A stretch of 64,000 bases of DNA. Source: Octopus vulgaris. Its lineage: Eukaryota. Positions 1 through 11,830 of the stretch are shown one piece after another. Location of the stretch: the NCBI GenBank assembly GCA_951406725.2, contig OX597815.1, forward strand, positions 73,656,001 through 73,720,000, in the 5' to 3' direction. The notes under the pieces are model-generated. The model was not told the origin of the DNA and searched no databases. It saw nothing but the letters and a program-made list of their open reading frames with translations. Made by a program: the position numbers and the translations under genes. Every line of letters starts with the position of its first letter. Positions within the stretch are counted from its first letter, which is position 1.

Positions 1-8
1 ATATCACA

Positions 9-79
9 TTACAGATTTTCTAATTTAGTATCTCTAAGACCTGTCATTGTAAAATCCCAAGTTTTATCTTCATTTTCAT
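9..79 (-). other. candidate exon of an unidentified minus-strand gene
   Basis: Strong acceptor tcttttatttcag| in non-repetitive sequence; the phase-1 frame reads xENEDKTWDFTMTGLRDTKLENL*. No homologue recognised. Confidence 0.3.
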
Positions 80-509
80 CTGAAATAAAAGATACAAGAC
101 AGATTTCAACCCAGACCTCATCCTTCAGGTGAATGTCCTCACCAGGGAAGATATTTCTCCTTTATATACAAGCAGTTGATTTTGATATTCAGATCTTACC
201 TTTTTCGCACAGCAAATAGACATCATTTCCTATTCATTTTCCTCTATCCTTTACAGATTTTCTATATTCAATACCTATTTATTTATTCATTATTGTATTC
301 CTTCATATTTATCATCATATTAATTTTTTTGCTGGCTATGTGATTAACAAGTTTGATTCTGAACTACACAATTTTGGGTTCAGTTCCACTGTGTGGCAAC
401 TTGGTCAAGTGTCTTCTACTCTAACCTCAGGATAACCAAATCCTAGCAAGTGGATTAGGTAGATAGAAACTGAAAGAAGCCCATCATGTATGTGTATGTA
501 TGTATGTAT

Positions 510-1175
510 ACAAGTGGTGTTCATTAAAGATTTCTCTTGACCCACTTCTGGTTATTGCAGGAAACAGAACTTATACAGGTATAATCATACATATCTCTAC
601 ATGTCACATTGTAAATTTCAGCTTTCCACTAGTATTCATTTGTCTTTTACAGCTGCTGAAGTGGACTAAGGTGTTATAATAGAGGCAGCTGAATGCAGAT
701 CAGTGATCAAGTTCTAATACTTGAAAGGTCATACACCAAAAGAGAATTTTGATGAGATGAAAGAAGTTTATGATCACAATGCACCATCATACAATATAGT
801 CAAGCACTGGCTTCGCCAGTTCAAATGTGGTCAGACATTGGTGTAACTGCTCCTATTCCTGGACAAGCACATTCTGCCATTGATGATGACGCCATCCATA
901 AAGTTGAAGCTGCCATTTTGGAGAATCATCACAACTAGCCCAAGAAGTCAAGATAAGTGTAGGTTCCATGGAAAAAAAATCATTCACAACCATTTGCTCA
1001 TGCTGAAGTTGTCTAAAAGATGGATTCCCTGGATGCTCACACCTTTTCAGAAGCAGGAATGATTCAATTGCTCCTAGGCACATTTGGCAATGTGCCAAGA
1101 AAACGAGGAGGACATTTTTGGCAGACTTATCACACAGAATGAAACATGGGTCCATCACTATGATCCTGAGATGTC
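510..1175 (+). mobile_element. decayed mariner (Tc1/mariner) transposase, 5' part
   Basis: Frames give ECRSVIKF*YLKGHTPKENFDEMKEVYDHNAPSYNIVKHWLRQFKCG (HTH), KLSKRWIPWMLT (WVPxxL motif) and LITQNETWVHHYDPE (TGDETW motif), with stops and frameshifts. Confidence 0.85.
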
Positions 1176-1889
1176 CAGTCGAAAGAGGAAATCTATATAG
1201 ATCATTGATAAGGAGTTTGCAAATTCACTATTCAAGATACACTTTTAGCTTCATACTTAATATTACTGGAACAACAGGATACATACTAACCCACCCGGAG
1301 CAAAGTATGGCTGAACTTGGGATCTTAGGGAGAGAATGGAAATCCTTAATTCATACACTACAAATGGTCACAATATCTTGGACTATTAAAGCAGCAAGAC
1401 TTTAAGATTTAAAAGATGATGGTAAGAAGATACTTTCTTTCACAACTTTGCAACCAAGTAGCTGGCTGGTCAAAATTTACTCTAAGATTAAAAAGAGAAG
1501 AACATACATACACACACACACACACATACATGATGGTTGTCCACTCACTGGACAAGCATGACCATTGCTGACAGGTTGACATAACAATGATTGCTCTACA
1601 AACATGATATTGACACTGACTCATGAAGCCAGTGAGAGACTTACAGAGTTTGCCACTGGCTGCAGACTAAATTTGTACTTTTGGCCTGATGGTTAGGCCT
1701 CTCAGATGAACATGGATGCATGCATGCATACATGACAGGCTTCCAAATCCACTTCCAATCCTCTTGCAAGGCTTTGGTTGACCCAGGGCTATAGTAAAAG
1801 ACACTTACCCAAGGTCCCATGCAGTGAGACTGATCCTGAAACCATGTGGTTGGGAGGCAAAATTCTTAACCACATAGCTACACCTGTAC

Positions 1890-2850
1890 CAAAGCCTTTA
1901 ATCTGCTATTCTTCTATCCTCAACCTGTTCGAGTTGAGGTGACCAGGTCTTCTCAACAAATGCGCACACAAATTCCTAAACTTTAAATCTTTTCTTTAAT
2001 CATCACCACCTGCATTATTGCCACCATTTAAAACCCCCTACACACATCTCTTCCTCAATGCCTTTTTAATATTCGTTTTTCCGCTCATGCATGCGTCGGA
2101 AGAATCTAATGCATTTTCCCATACAGCATGCATCATCTCATTTGTTAGGGTCATTCAAGTATATCTCTGTAACAGAATTTATCTCATTTTCATCTGATTT
2201 ATCTCTCCATTTGAATGTTTAGTAGTCTTTGCTTTAAAGCTGCTTGTGTTGCAAACAACTTCAGAGCATTCTGGTGCATCAAAAGCTTTGATTCACCAAG
2301 CCCTACAGACTCATTACAGAATTTTACTCATTTTTGTATTCAATGCCTACCTTTGATAATCAGTTTACTCTCTTTTCACATACGATGCTGGCTATTTTCT
2401 TCCAATTTACTGTTGGGATTTTGTGATGCCTGCAACCAACGGGCATCAAAATTGATGCTATGTTAACCTTGGGCCTTTTTGACTCAAATCCCCTATTGAA
2501 GTTTTGCTTTCTTTCTGTAGTTATTTTTGATAGTTTCTCTTGTGAGAACCAGATCATCAACATAAAAAATAAATGCCCAGTTCACATAACATTCAGTTCC
2601 AGTCTCATGTGCGATTGCCTGTAAGAACAAAATAAATGGAATATGATTGAGCAAAACATCTTAACAGATACTCAGCTGTATCACAAATTCTTTATCAAAT
2701 TGGCCACTAAATTGTATAGGACCTAGATAGCCCTCCTGCAAGGCAGATACCTAGCATTTTCTCTTTGCTATTTGACTGTTGTAAGAGCCTGTTAAAAGCC
2801 TTTTCTTGGTTAGCTTATGTAAAAGACATGTTTCCTCTTTGGTAGATGCT
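1890..2850 (-). mobile_element. very decayed RTE-type LINE reverse transcriptase fragment
   Basis: Minus-strand motifs EKAFNR, FILFLQAI...FYVDDLVL (YADD), GFESKRPKVN and KFRNLCAHLL in the expected order; a likely upstream piece lies at about 5050-5350. Confidence 0.7.
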
Positions 2851-3686
2851 TCTCTCTCTGTTATCATCATCATTATCATCACTTAATGTCTGTTTTCCAT
2901 GTTTGCATGAGTTGGACAGTTTGACAGGAACAGACGAGCTAAAGAGCTGCCCAGGCTCCACGTCTGTTTTGGCATGGTTTCTATGGCTGGATACCTTTCC
3001 TAACACCACTTTACAAAGTGTACTGAGTGCTTTTAGGCAGCACTAGTATGGGTGTTTTTATGTGACACCAGTACAGGTGCTTTTTACGTGGCATCAGCAC
3101 CCACAAGGATTGCTCAGCTGAAGAGGGCTGTAGAGAACATGCCTGTATGCAAGGGCAACCACAATTTGACTTAGCTTGACATGTCTTCTCAAGCACAGCA
3201 AACTGCCAGAAGTCTCAGTCTCTTGCCATCCCCTTTGTGAGACCCAATGTCAGAAAATCCTTCCGCACCACTTCATCCCATGTCTTCCTTGACTTTTTTT
3301 TCACCTTTTCTAAAATGACATCAACATGTTGCTTACTCTGTGCCAGGGTCTCTGTCCTAGCAACAAAAACATGTTTTTTTTTAGCTGCCCTTTGTCATAC
3401 AGATGTTATCTATCCCTGTAAATAACTATTTGGGGTTATATGTCTGAATACAAATTCAAAACTACATTAACCAGGCCTCCACTCATGTTCATTGTACACT
3501 GCATTTACCTCTATCCCTATCTTTATCTATCTGCCACTCCCTTTTCACGCTCCTGCAAACTTATCATCCCACTCACCTTGTCTGATCCTCTGTTCCACTT
3601 CACTTATATTCACCTTGTACCTTGAGGGTATACTCTCATCATCACTAACTCTTTTTCAGCTGAGATAACTATGTATCTCTCTTCAG

Positions 3687-4089
3687 CAGTGGTTTTCAAC
3701 TGAGGTCGATATGACCCCTGGGGGTACATATAAGATTTTGGGAAGGAGTCCATGCTAGCAAAACAGTAAATTGGAGATCCACAATAGTATATTAAGAGCC
3801 CATGAAAAGTTTTGATTTAAATGTATGCATTGCAAAAAACAGCTAAGTTTTGTTTCTCTAATATTTTATATAGTTCAACCTACACAAGTTATCATCATCA
3901 TCATTATCATTTAACGTCTGCTTTCCATGCTAGCATGGGTTGGACAAAGTTAATGTGTGATAAATAAAATAGAAATTTTGAAAGAAGTATCTATAAAATA
4001 AGTTTTAAGCATTGAATAGCTATGGGGAACCACCAGAATAAAATAGTAATCAAAGGAGTCCATAGATAAGAAATGGTTGAAAACCACTG
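3687..4089. mobile_element. hAT-like MITE
   Basis: TIRs cagtggttttcaac ... gttgaaaaccactg; contains a short inserted LINE tail (about 3893-3945). Confidence 0.7.
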
Positions 4090-4398
4090 CTTCACTGGAA
4101 AACATCCTGTTCCATTAACATACTTTAACCTTTCGTTACTTGGCATAAAGCCACCTTTCTTAGTACTATATCCCTCACTCAGTTGAGTGAGGGTTATAGT
4201 TTTGTGAGTTACTTGATGACATTACTAGTGTCAGTACCACAGTAACAAGGATCCAGTACACTTGGTAAAGTGATTGGAGCTAGGAAGGACATCCAACCAT
4301 AGAAAACATAACAACACTGACAATGGAGCTCAGTGCAGTCCTCTATCTTGTGGGCTCCTGCCAAACTGTCCAACTCATGCCAGCATGGGAAATAGATA

Positions 4399-4432
<34 letters not shown>

Positions 4433-5460
4433 CCAGATCAAAAGGCCATGTTCCTGAAGCATCAGAAAGAATCTCTTTTGGATCATTGTGCTTTGTGTTC
4501 AAATTCTGTTGGGGTGAACTTTGCTTATCATCCTTTAATTAAGTACCAGTCAAGGGCAGTGGATTGACAGAATTCGTAGAGCATCAGATAGGATGCTTTG
4601 CAAAATCAGTTTCAGATTTTTGCATTTTATAATTAAAATCTGTCTTTCTGAAGCAGGAAATGGATCCTTTGGGACCTAGCTGACCACAGTTAGCCTCCAG
4701 TGTCAGACAAAAGGATGTATTGATTGGAGTAGCATTTCAAGCCAATGGAAAGGGGACACATTGGATAATGTGATATGGAGGTTACACTATGCTCCCCACT
4801 CCAGACAAAAAAAAAAAAAAGATGTGATGGCTATGGTTGGAATACCTTCAGACAATCAGCTCAATCATGACTGACTCAGAGCTAAATAACATCAACAGTA
4901 AAATCAAAGTTGTTAATTAACCTGCTTAAAAATAACAAAATTATTTTACTAAATTCTTCATTACTTTCAAAATTAATTTTTAAAAAAGGTTTTATATTTC
5001 AACATAAGTACGATAACAAATGTGTTAAATGATATATTCATGTCTCTTTCTTTTCATTAGTGCTGGGTACAAGTGCACCCAAATCATTTTCTGTGATGAT
5101 CCTGATTTGTTCTGACACATGGTCTCACAAGTCAAAATACTTTGTGTCTCATTTTCATTGTCAAACTTTCTTTTCTCAATGACATCCTCTCTTCAATTCC
5201 TTTCAACCCTATTAATTGTCGATGCTGTCTCATCTAATATATTGCACTATTTCATCATTATGTTACTTGTTTGTCAGGTAGAACCTCTCTTCCAGGCCAG
5301 TGGTTTTTTTGGTTTGTTGTCACTTTGGAATGTTCAGCTGTCCTTACATTATAAATGATCTTTAGTTCTACTTCTCCATCATCATCATCATGACTGTCAT
5401 TGTCATCATAATCATTGTTGTTTTGATGCCTACTTTTCTATGTTTGTATGTGTTGGATAG

Positions 5461-5860
5461 AAGGTATCGAGCTGGCAGAAATGTTAGCACACCGGGCAAA
5501 ATGCTTAGCAGTATTTCGTCTGCCTTTATGTTCTGAGTTCAAATTCTGCCTAGGTCAACTTTGCCTTTCATCCTTTCGGGGTCGATTAAATAAGTACAAG
5601 TTACGCACTGGGGTCGATGTAATCGACTTAATCGGTTTGTCTGTCCTTGTTTGTCCCCTCTGTGTTTAGCCTCTAGTGGGTAGTAAAGAAATAAGTATTT
5701 CGTCTGTCTTTACGTTCTGAGTTCAAATTCTGCCTAGGTCGACTTTGCCTTTCATCCTTTCAGGGTCGATAAATTAAGTATAGTTGCATACTGGGGTCAA
5801 TCTAATCAACTAGCCCCCTCCCCCAAAATTTTGAGCCTTGTGCATAGAGTAAGAAATAAT
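5461..5860 (+). mobile_element. SINE family B, tandem copies (aaggcggcgagctggcagaa... type)
   Basis: tRNA-like head with B-box gagttcaaattc, followed by gcctttcatcctttcggggtcgat. More than 15 copies in window (e.g. 6118, 8750-11030, 15917, 20712, 22480, 25516, 46440, 48797, 51803). Confidence 0.8.
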
Positions 5861-6420
5861 GTATGTGTTGGACAGAGTTCATTAAGGCTGATTTACTACA
5901 GCTGGATGCCCTTTCTATTGCCAGCCCTGACCCGTTTCCAAACAAGGTAAAGTTTCCCCTGTGTCTGGATATGTTTTCACAGAAGATTGGAAAGGAATGA
6001 TATTGTTTGTATATGAGAGGGATACTTGGCTGTGTGACCACCACACAACATCAAGATAAGGGGATACAAATGCACACACACACTCATACAATCCTAGGTG
6101 TGGCTATGTGGTAAGAAGGCAGAGAGCTGGCAGAAACGTTAGTACACCGGGCAAAATGCTTAGCGGTATTTCGTCTGTCTTTATGTTCCCAGTTCAAATT
6201 CTGCCGAGGTCGACTTTGTCTTTCATCCTTTCGGGGGTCAATTAAATAAGTACCAGTTGCGCACTGGGCTGATGTAATCGACTTAATCCCTTTGTCTGTC
6301 CTAGTTTGTCCCCTCTATATTTAGCTCCCTGTGGGCAATGAAGAAATAAAGAAGCTTGTTTCTCAACCACATGGTTCTGGATTCAATCCCACTGCTTGGA
6401 AACTTGGGCAAGTGTCTTCG

Positions 6421-6992
6421 TGAGGGCACGTAACAAACACCATCCGAGCGTGGCCGTCCGCCAGCCTCGTCTAGCACCTGTGTCGGTGACACATAAGAAA
6501 ACACCATCCGAGCGTGGCCGTCTGCCAGCCTCGTCTGGCACCTGTGTCGGTGGCACATAAAAAACACCATCCGAGCGTGGCCGTCTGCCAGCCTCGTCTG
6601 GCACCTGTGTCGGTGGCACATAAAAAACACCATCCGAGCGTGGCCATCTGCCAGCCTCGTCTGGCACCTGTGTCGGTGGCACATAAAAAACACCATCCGA
6701 GCGTGGCCGTCTGCCAGCCTCGTCTGGCACCTGTGTCGGTGGCACATAAAAAACACCATCCGAGCGTGGCCGTCTGCCAGCCTCGTCTGGCACCTGTGTC
6801 GGTGGCACATAAAATCACCCACTACACTCTTGGAGTGGTTGGCGTTAGGAAGGGCATCCAGCTGTAGAAACACTGCCACATCTGACTGGCCTGGTGCAGC
6901 CTTCGGGCTTCCCAGACCCCAGTTGAACCGTCCAACCCATGCTAGCATGGAAAGCGGACGTTAAACGATGATGATGATGATGATGATGATGA
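6421..6992 (+). repeat. RTE-LINE 3' UTR with six tandem 63-bp units and a (GAT)n tail
   Basis: Unit aaaaacaccatccgagcgtggccgtctgccagcctcgtctggcacctgtgtcggtggcacata repeated six times, then ggagtggttggcgttaggaagggcatcc...cgttaaacgatgatgat. Confidence 0.85.
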
Positions 6993-8223
6993 TCAAATCA
7001 AACCAAATCAAAATAGATGAACATCAATGGAATTTGTATCTTTGTGGTACCAGTACCGGTGGCACACAAGAAAACCATCCAAACGTGGCCGTAGCCAGTA
7101 CCGCATCGACTGGCCTCTGTGATGTGGGCACATAACAAACACCATCCGATCGTGGCCGTTCGCCAGCCTCATCTGGCACCTGTGTCGGTGGCACATAAAA
7201 ACACCAACCGAAGACCCGGCAAGACTAGTCAGGCCATAACCCGGGGCCCCTACCTGGGATGTAGTCAGTCCACCTGTGCATACCTTCCTTCCTTCTTGTG
7301 ACACTTCTGAAGACCTGTGAAGACCTGTTGAGGCAAGTGAAAATAAAATCAAATCAAATCAAATCAAAACAAATCAAAATAGATGAACATCAATGGAATT
7401 TGTATCTTTGTGGTACCAGTGCCGGTGGCACACAAGAAAACCATCCGAACGTGGCCGTAGCCAGTACCGCATCGACTGGCCTCCGTGCTGTGAGCACGTA
7501 ACAAACACCATCCGATCGTGGCCGTTCGCCAGCCTCATCTGGCACCTGTGTCGGTGGCACATAAAAACACCATCCGAAGACCCGGCAAGACTAGTCAGGC
7601 CATAACCCGTGGCCCCTACCTGGGACGTAGTCAGTACACCTGTGCACACCTTCCTTCTTGTGACACTTGTGAAGACCTGTTGAGGCAAGTGAAAATCAAA
7701 AAAAAAAAAAAAAAAAAAAAAAATCAAAACAAATCAAAATAGATGAACATCAATGGAATTTGTATCTTTGTGGTACCAGTGCCGGTGGCACACAAGAAAA
7801 TCATCCGAACGTGGCCGTAGCCAGTACCGCATAGACTGGCCTCCGTGCTTTGGGGACGTAACAAACACCATCCGATCGTGGCCGTCCGCCAGCCTCATCT
7901 GGCACCTGTGTCGGTGGCACATAAAAACACCATCCGAGCGTGGCCGTCTGCCAGCCTCGTCTGGCACCTGTGTCGGTGGCACATAAAAACACCATCCGAG
8001 CGTGGCCGTTCGCCAGCCTCGTCTGGCACCTGTGTCGGTGGCACATAAAATCACCCACTACACTCTCGGAGTGGTTGGCGTTAGGAAGGGCATCCAGCTG
8101 TAGAAACACTGCCAGATCTGACTGGCCTGGTGCAGCCTTCGGGCTCCCCAGACCCCAGTTGAACCGTCCAACCCATCCTAGCATGGAAAACGGACGCTAA
8201 ATGATGATGATGATGATGATGAT
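6993..8223 (+). repeat. tandem array of about 365-bp RTE 3' UTR monomers ending in a (GAT)n tail
   Basis: Three starts at aatcaaaatagatgaacatcaatggaatttg (about 7005, 7371, 7731); monomers near-identical with CpGs retained, suggesting a young insertion. Confidence 0.85.
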
Positions 8224-9313
8224 ATATCCCCACTTATACATAAATGCAGTGATAAACACACACGTACACACATATATGTAGAGGTGCATGTGGAAAGGAT
8301 AGACTCAGGAAGATGTGGAACGATCTACAAATGTTGGGACTCACAGAAGGGATGACAGGGAATTGAAACTCGAGGTGGTTTACCGTGCTTGGAAAGAAAG
8401 ACCAAGCTAGTCAGCTTCTGTCAAACCGTCCAATCCATGCCACCATGGAAAAATGGATGTTGAATGATGATGACGATGATGATGATGAGATATATATATA
8501 TATAAAACAAAAGACAAAGACAGGTGTAAGAACACCAAGCAGTTGTATTAGTTTAACACTCAGGAAAAATGGAAATGTCTTTTACGTTTTGAGCCTACAC
8601 TCTTTGACAGAAAGGATTAAGAAGACAAAAATGGAGAGAGAAAAAATGTACCAGTTGTATACTGGGGTTAATCTAATCGACTACCTCACTCCCACCAAAT
8701 TTCATGCTTTGTGCCTATAGTAGAAAGGATTGTTACAATCAATTTTTCTTGGCAGTATTTCGTCTGCCACTACGTTTTGAGTTCAAATTCAGCCGAGGTT
8801 GATTTTGCCTTTCATCCTTTCGGGGTCAATGAAATAAGTACCAGTTCTGCACTGGAGTCGATATAATCAACTAGCTCCCTTCCCCACAAATTTTCATGGT
8901 CTTGTGCCAAGAGTAGAAGTAATTATTACTGAAGATAGCAAACAGGAAGAAACATTAGTATGTCAGACGAAATGCTTAGCAACATTTCTTTTGGACTCTT
9001 TACATTTAAGGTGATGAGCTAGCTGAATTGTTACTGCAGCAGACAGAAATGCTTAATGGTATTTCTTCTGGCTTTATGTTCTGGGTTCAAATGCTACTGG
9101 GGTCAACCTTGTACTGTTCATCCTTTTGGGGTCGATAAAATAAGTACCAGTTGTGTTCTGGAGTTGATGTAATTGACTTACCCCACTCCCCTGAAATTGT
9201 TGCCTTTTCCCCCTTTCCCTGCTGCTGCTGATGCTGTCACCTCCACCTCCACCACTGCAACAACAAGAAAAAGAAGAAGAATGTGGTGAACTAGCAGAAT
9301 TGTTAGCATGGTG

Positions 9314-9685
9314 CAGGAGTGGCTGTCTGGTAAGTAGCTTGCTTACTAACCACATAGTTCTGGGTTTAGTCCCACAGCATGGCACCTTGGGCAAGTGTCT
9401 TCAGGCTAACCAAAGCTTTGTGAATGGATTTGGTAGACGGAAACTGAAAGAAGCCCATCATATATATATGTGTGTGTGTGTGAGTGTGTTTCTCCCCATA
9501 ATATCGCTTGACAACCGATACTGGTGTGTTTACGTCCCCATAACTTAGCGGTTCGGCAAAAGAGACTAATAGAATAAGTACTAGGCTTACAAAGAATAAG
9601 TCCTAGGGTTGATTTGTTCAACTAAAGCCAGTGCTCCAGTATGGCCGCAGTCAAATGCCTGAAAGAATAAAAGAATAAAAGAATG
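9314..9685 (+). mobile_element. SINE family A, full length (tRNA-like head, internal microsatellite, aagaataa tail)
   Basis: A-box tggctgtctggt, B-box ggtttagtccc, CORE-like ccttgggcaagt, central (TA)/(TG)n, 3' part gcttgacaaccgat...gtcaaatg. Confidence 0.8.
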
Positions 9686-10693
9686 CCCAACAAAATGCTT
9701 AGTCGCATTTCTTTTGGATTTACATTCTGAGTTCAAATGCTGCTGAGGTCGACTTTGCCTTTCATCCTTTCATGGTCAATGAAATGAGTACCTGTTGAGC
9801 ATTGAGGTAGGAGTGATGTAAAGTTACCACTCTCTACAAATTGGCTTTGTGCCAAAATTTAGAAAGAATTGTTATTATTATTATCATTATTAAGGTGGCA
9901 AGCTAACAAAATCACAAGAGCATGAGGACAAAGTACTGAGCAGCATTTCTCCTGGAAATTTTCATTCTGAGTTCAAATTTCACTGAGGTTAACTTTGCTT
10001 TTCATTCTTTTTTGGGCTGATAAAATAAACAGTCAAGAACTGGGATAGATGTAATTGACTTGTCCCTTTCACTCAAAATTGCTGCCAAAATTTGAAACCA
10101 TTATTACTATTATCATTATTACTATTGGTGATTACTATTATTATTATTGAATGAGAGAGCAGTGCATGTCATCAAAGTGACACTGGGGTAAAATATACGA
10201 AGCCCAGTATACCCATCATGACTACCCGTCTGATAAGGGTACATAGGCACATGCATCACAACCATATGTGCACATATCATATCAAGCTAAACAGTACATG
10301 ACCCTGCAGCTGGGGCCCAGTTAGAATTTTCTTCAGGTTGAGTAGCCCATCCTGCTCAAAAGGTCCCTGAATAAGGATTGTTTAAGGATGTTGAAAGAAC
10401 CACCCATGTTTCCAGAGGTGAATTATTCAAACCCCAAAGAATTCCTCACAACACATGGCTATGATGCTCCCCACTACTTCTGCTCGTGATCAGAGATGCA
10501 TATATTGTCAGCCACTAAGGGACATGCTTAACTGGTTAAGGTCAAACAACTGACAAGCAAATCTGTGGTATTGAGCAGAATATTTGCTGTAGTCCATCTT
10601 TTACACCAAGACAAAACATGTACATGATAACACTTCCAATCAGTTAAGATGAGAAGGCATGAAAGCCACTGCCTGGTACTGCATCCGGGCATC

Positions 10694-10708
10694 TATTATT
10701 ATTATTAC

Positions 10709-10754
<46 letters not shown>

Positions 10755-10812
10755 TATTATTATTTATTATTATTATTATCATTATTATTATTTATAATCA
10801 TCATTATTATTA
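10694..10812. repeat. (ATT)n microsatellite
   Basis: Read directly. Confidence 0.95.
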
Positions 10813-11589
10813 TGCAAGGTATTGAGTTGGTAGAATTGTTAACATGCCAGACAAAAAGCTTAATGGCATTTTGTCAGTCTCTATGTTCTGAGTTCAAATT
10901 CTGCTGAAGTCTACTTTGCCTTTTATCCTTTCAGGGTCAATGAAATAAATATCAGTCAAGCACTGGGTTTGATGTAATCAACTTACCCCTTCCCCAAAAT
11001 CTCAGGCTTTGTGGTTACAGTAGAAAGGATTATATATTATTATGAGGATGATGGTGATGAAGTACTTTCACTGCTTTAACTCTGGTCACAGTAAAGCAAT
11101 CAATCTGTTAGTCAGTGGGAAGGGGTGGTGAAAGCTTGTAAACCCTAACTCTTCTCTTCTTTGTTTGTTAAACCTGTTTGCATGGCAAATATCAAGATTA
11201 CAATGATATCTTGTTGCCTGACAATAACCTCAGTATTATAACTCTAATATCATTCATCTTAACTACATCAATTATATAGTCTGTCTGCTTCTCTGCAAAC
11301 AATAAACTAGCTGGGACAGTTGTCACTTCTCATTTGCAATGTCTTCTTTGTGTTCTGGTGTTAAACAAATTGCATTTTTACCTTGTGAGGCCAAACTACA
11401 GTTAACAAAGGCCAATAGGGGAATTATCATGTTGTTGCAGAAATGCAGCAAAAATAAATTAAAAATCCCAGTATTTGGTGATGCTTTTAAGCATTTAAAC
11501 TAAGTTTTCAAATATATATTAGCAACAGAGGCAGTGTTAATACGGAGAAGTAATATTTATGCTCACTTAAATGTGGATGTTCTCTCATG

Positions 11590-11830
11590 ATATCTACAGT
11601 GGTTTGGCCATGTCTGCAAGATGGCCACTGGAAGACTACCACACCAACTTTTGTGGTGGCAGCAATTCAAGCATCGGAGACTCCAGCATAGCACACCAAA
11701 GGAAACATGGGCAAAATAAATTGAGGAAGACCCAAAGTCACAATGCCTTGATCTCAAGCATGCTAAGGTCAGTACCATGGATCAGAAAATGTGGAATAAC
11801 ATCATCACCAGAGTCCATCATCCAGCAGCA
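11590..11830 (+). mobile_element. RTE LINE C-terminal fragment
   Basis: LQWFGHVCKMATGRLPHQLLWW...PKETW, the WFGHVxRM motif. Confidence 0.7.

Noticed and set aside
2560-2640. Apparent acceptor ttcttacag followed by an ORF with YVDDLVL
   Set aside because: It is part of the LINE RT (FILFLQAI...YADD), not a host exon.
7130-7200. Hammerhead core in the tandem monomer (minus strand cagatgag...gaac), which would suggest a retrozyme
   Set aside because: It reads CAGAUGA and GAAC rather than CUGANGA and GAAA, and the helices do not fit. I also could not build a convincing HDV-like fold at 7210-7290.
6421-8050. CRISPR-like array of palindromic repeats and overlapping repeat ORFs
   Set aside because: Units are directly tandem with no unique spacers, there are no cas genes, the context is eukaryotic, and the ORFs result from a 63-bp unit length divisible by three.
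10148-10693. 545-bp complex sequence between (ATT)n tracts as a possible exon
   Set aside because: No ORF or splice pattern; probably an interspersed repeat, but it is single copy in this window so it cannot be classified.
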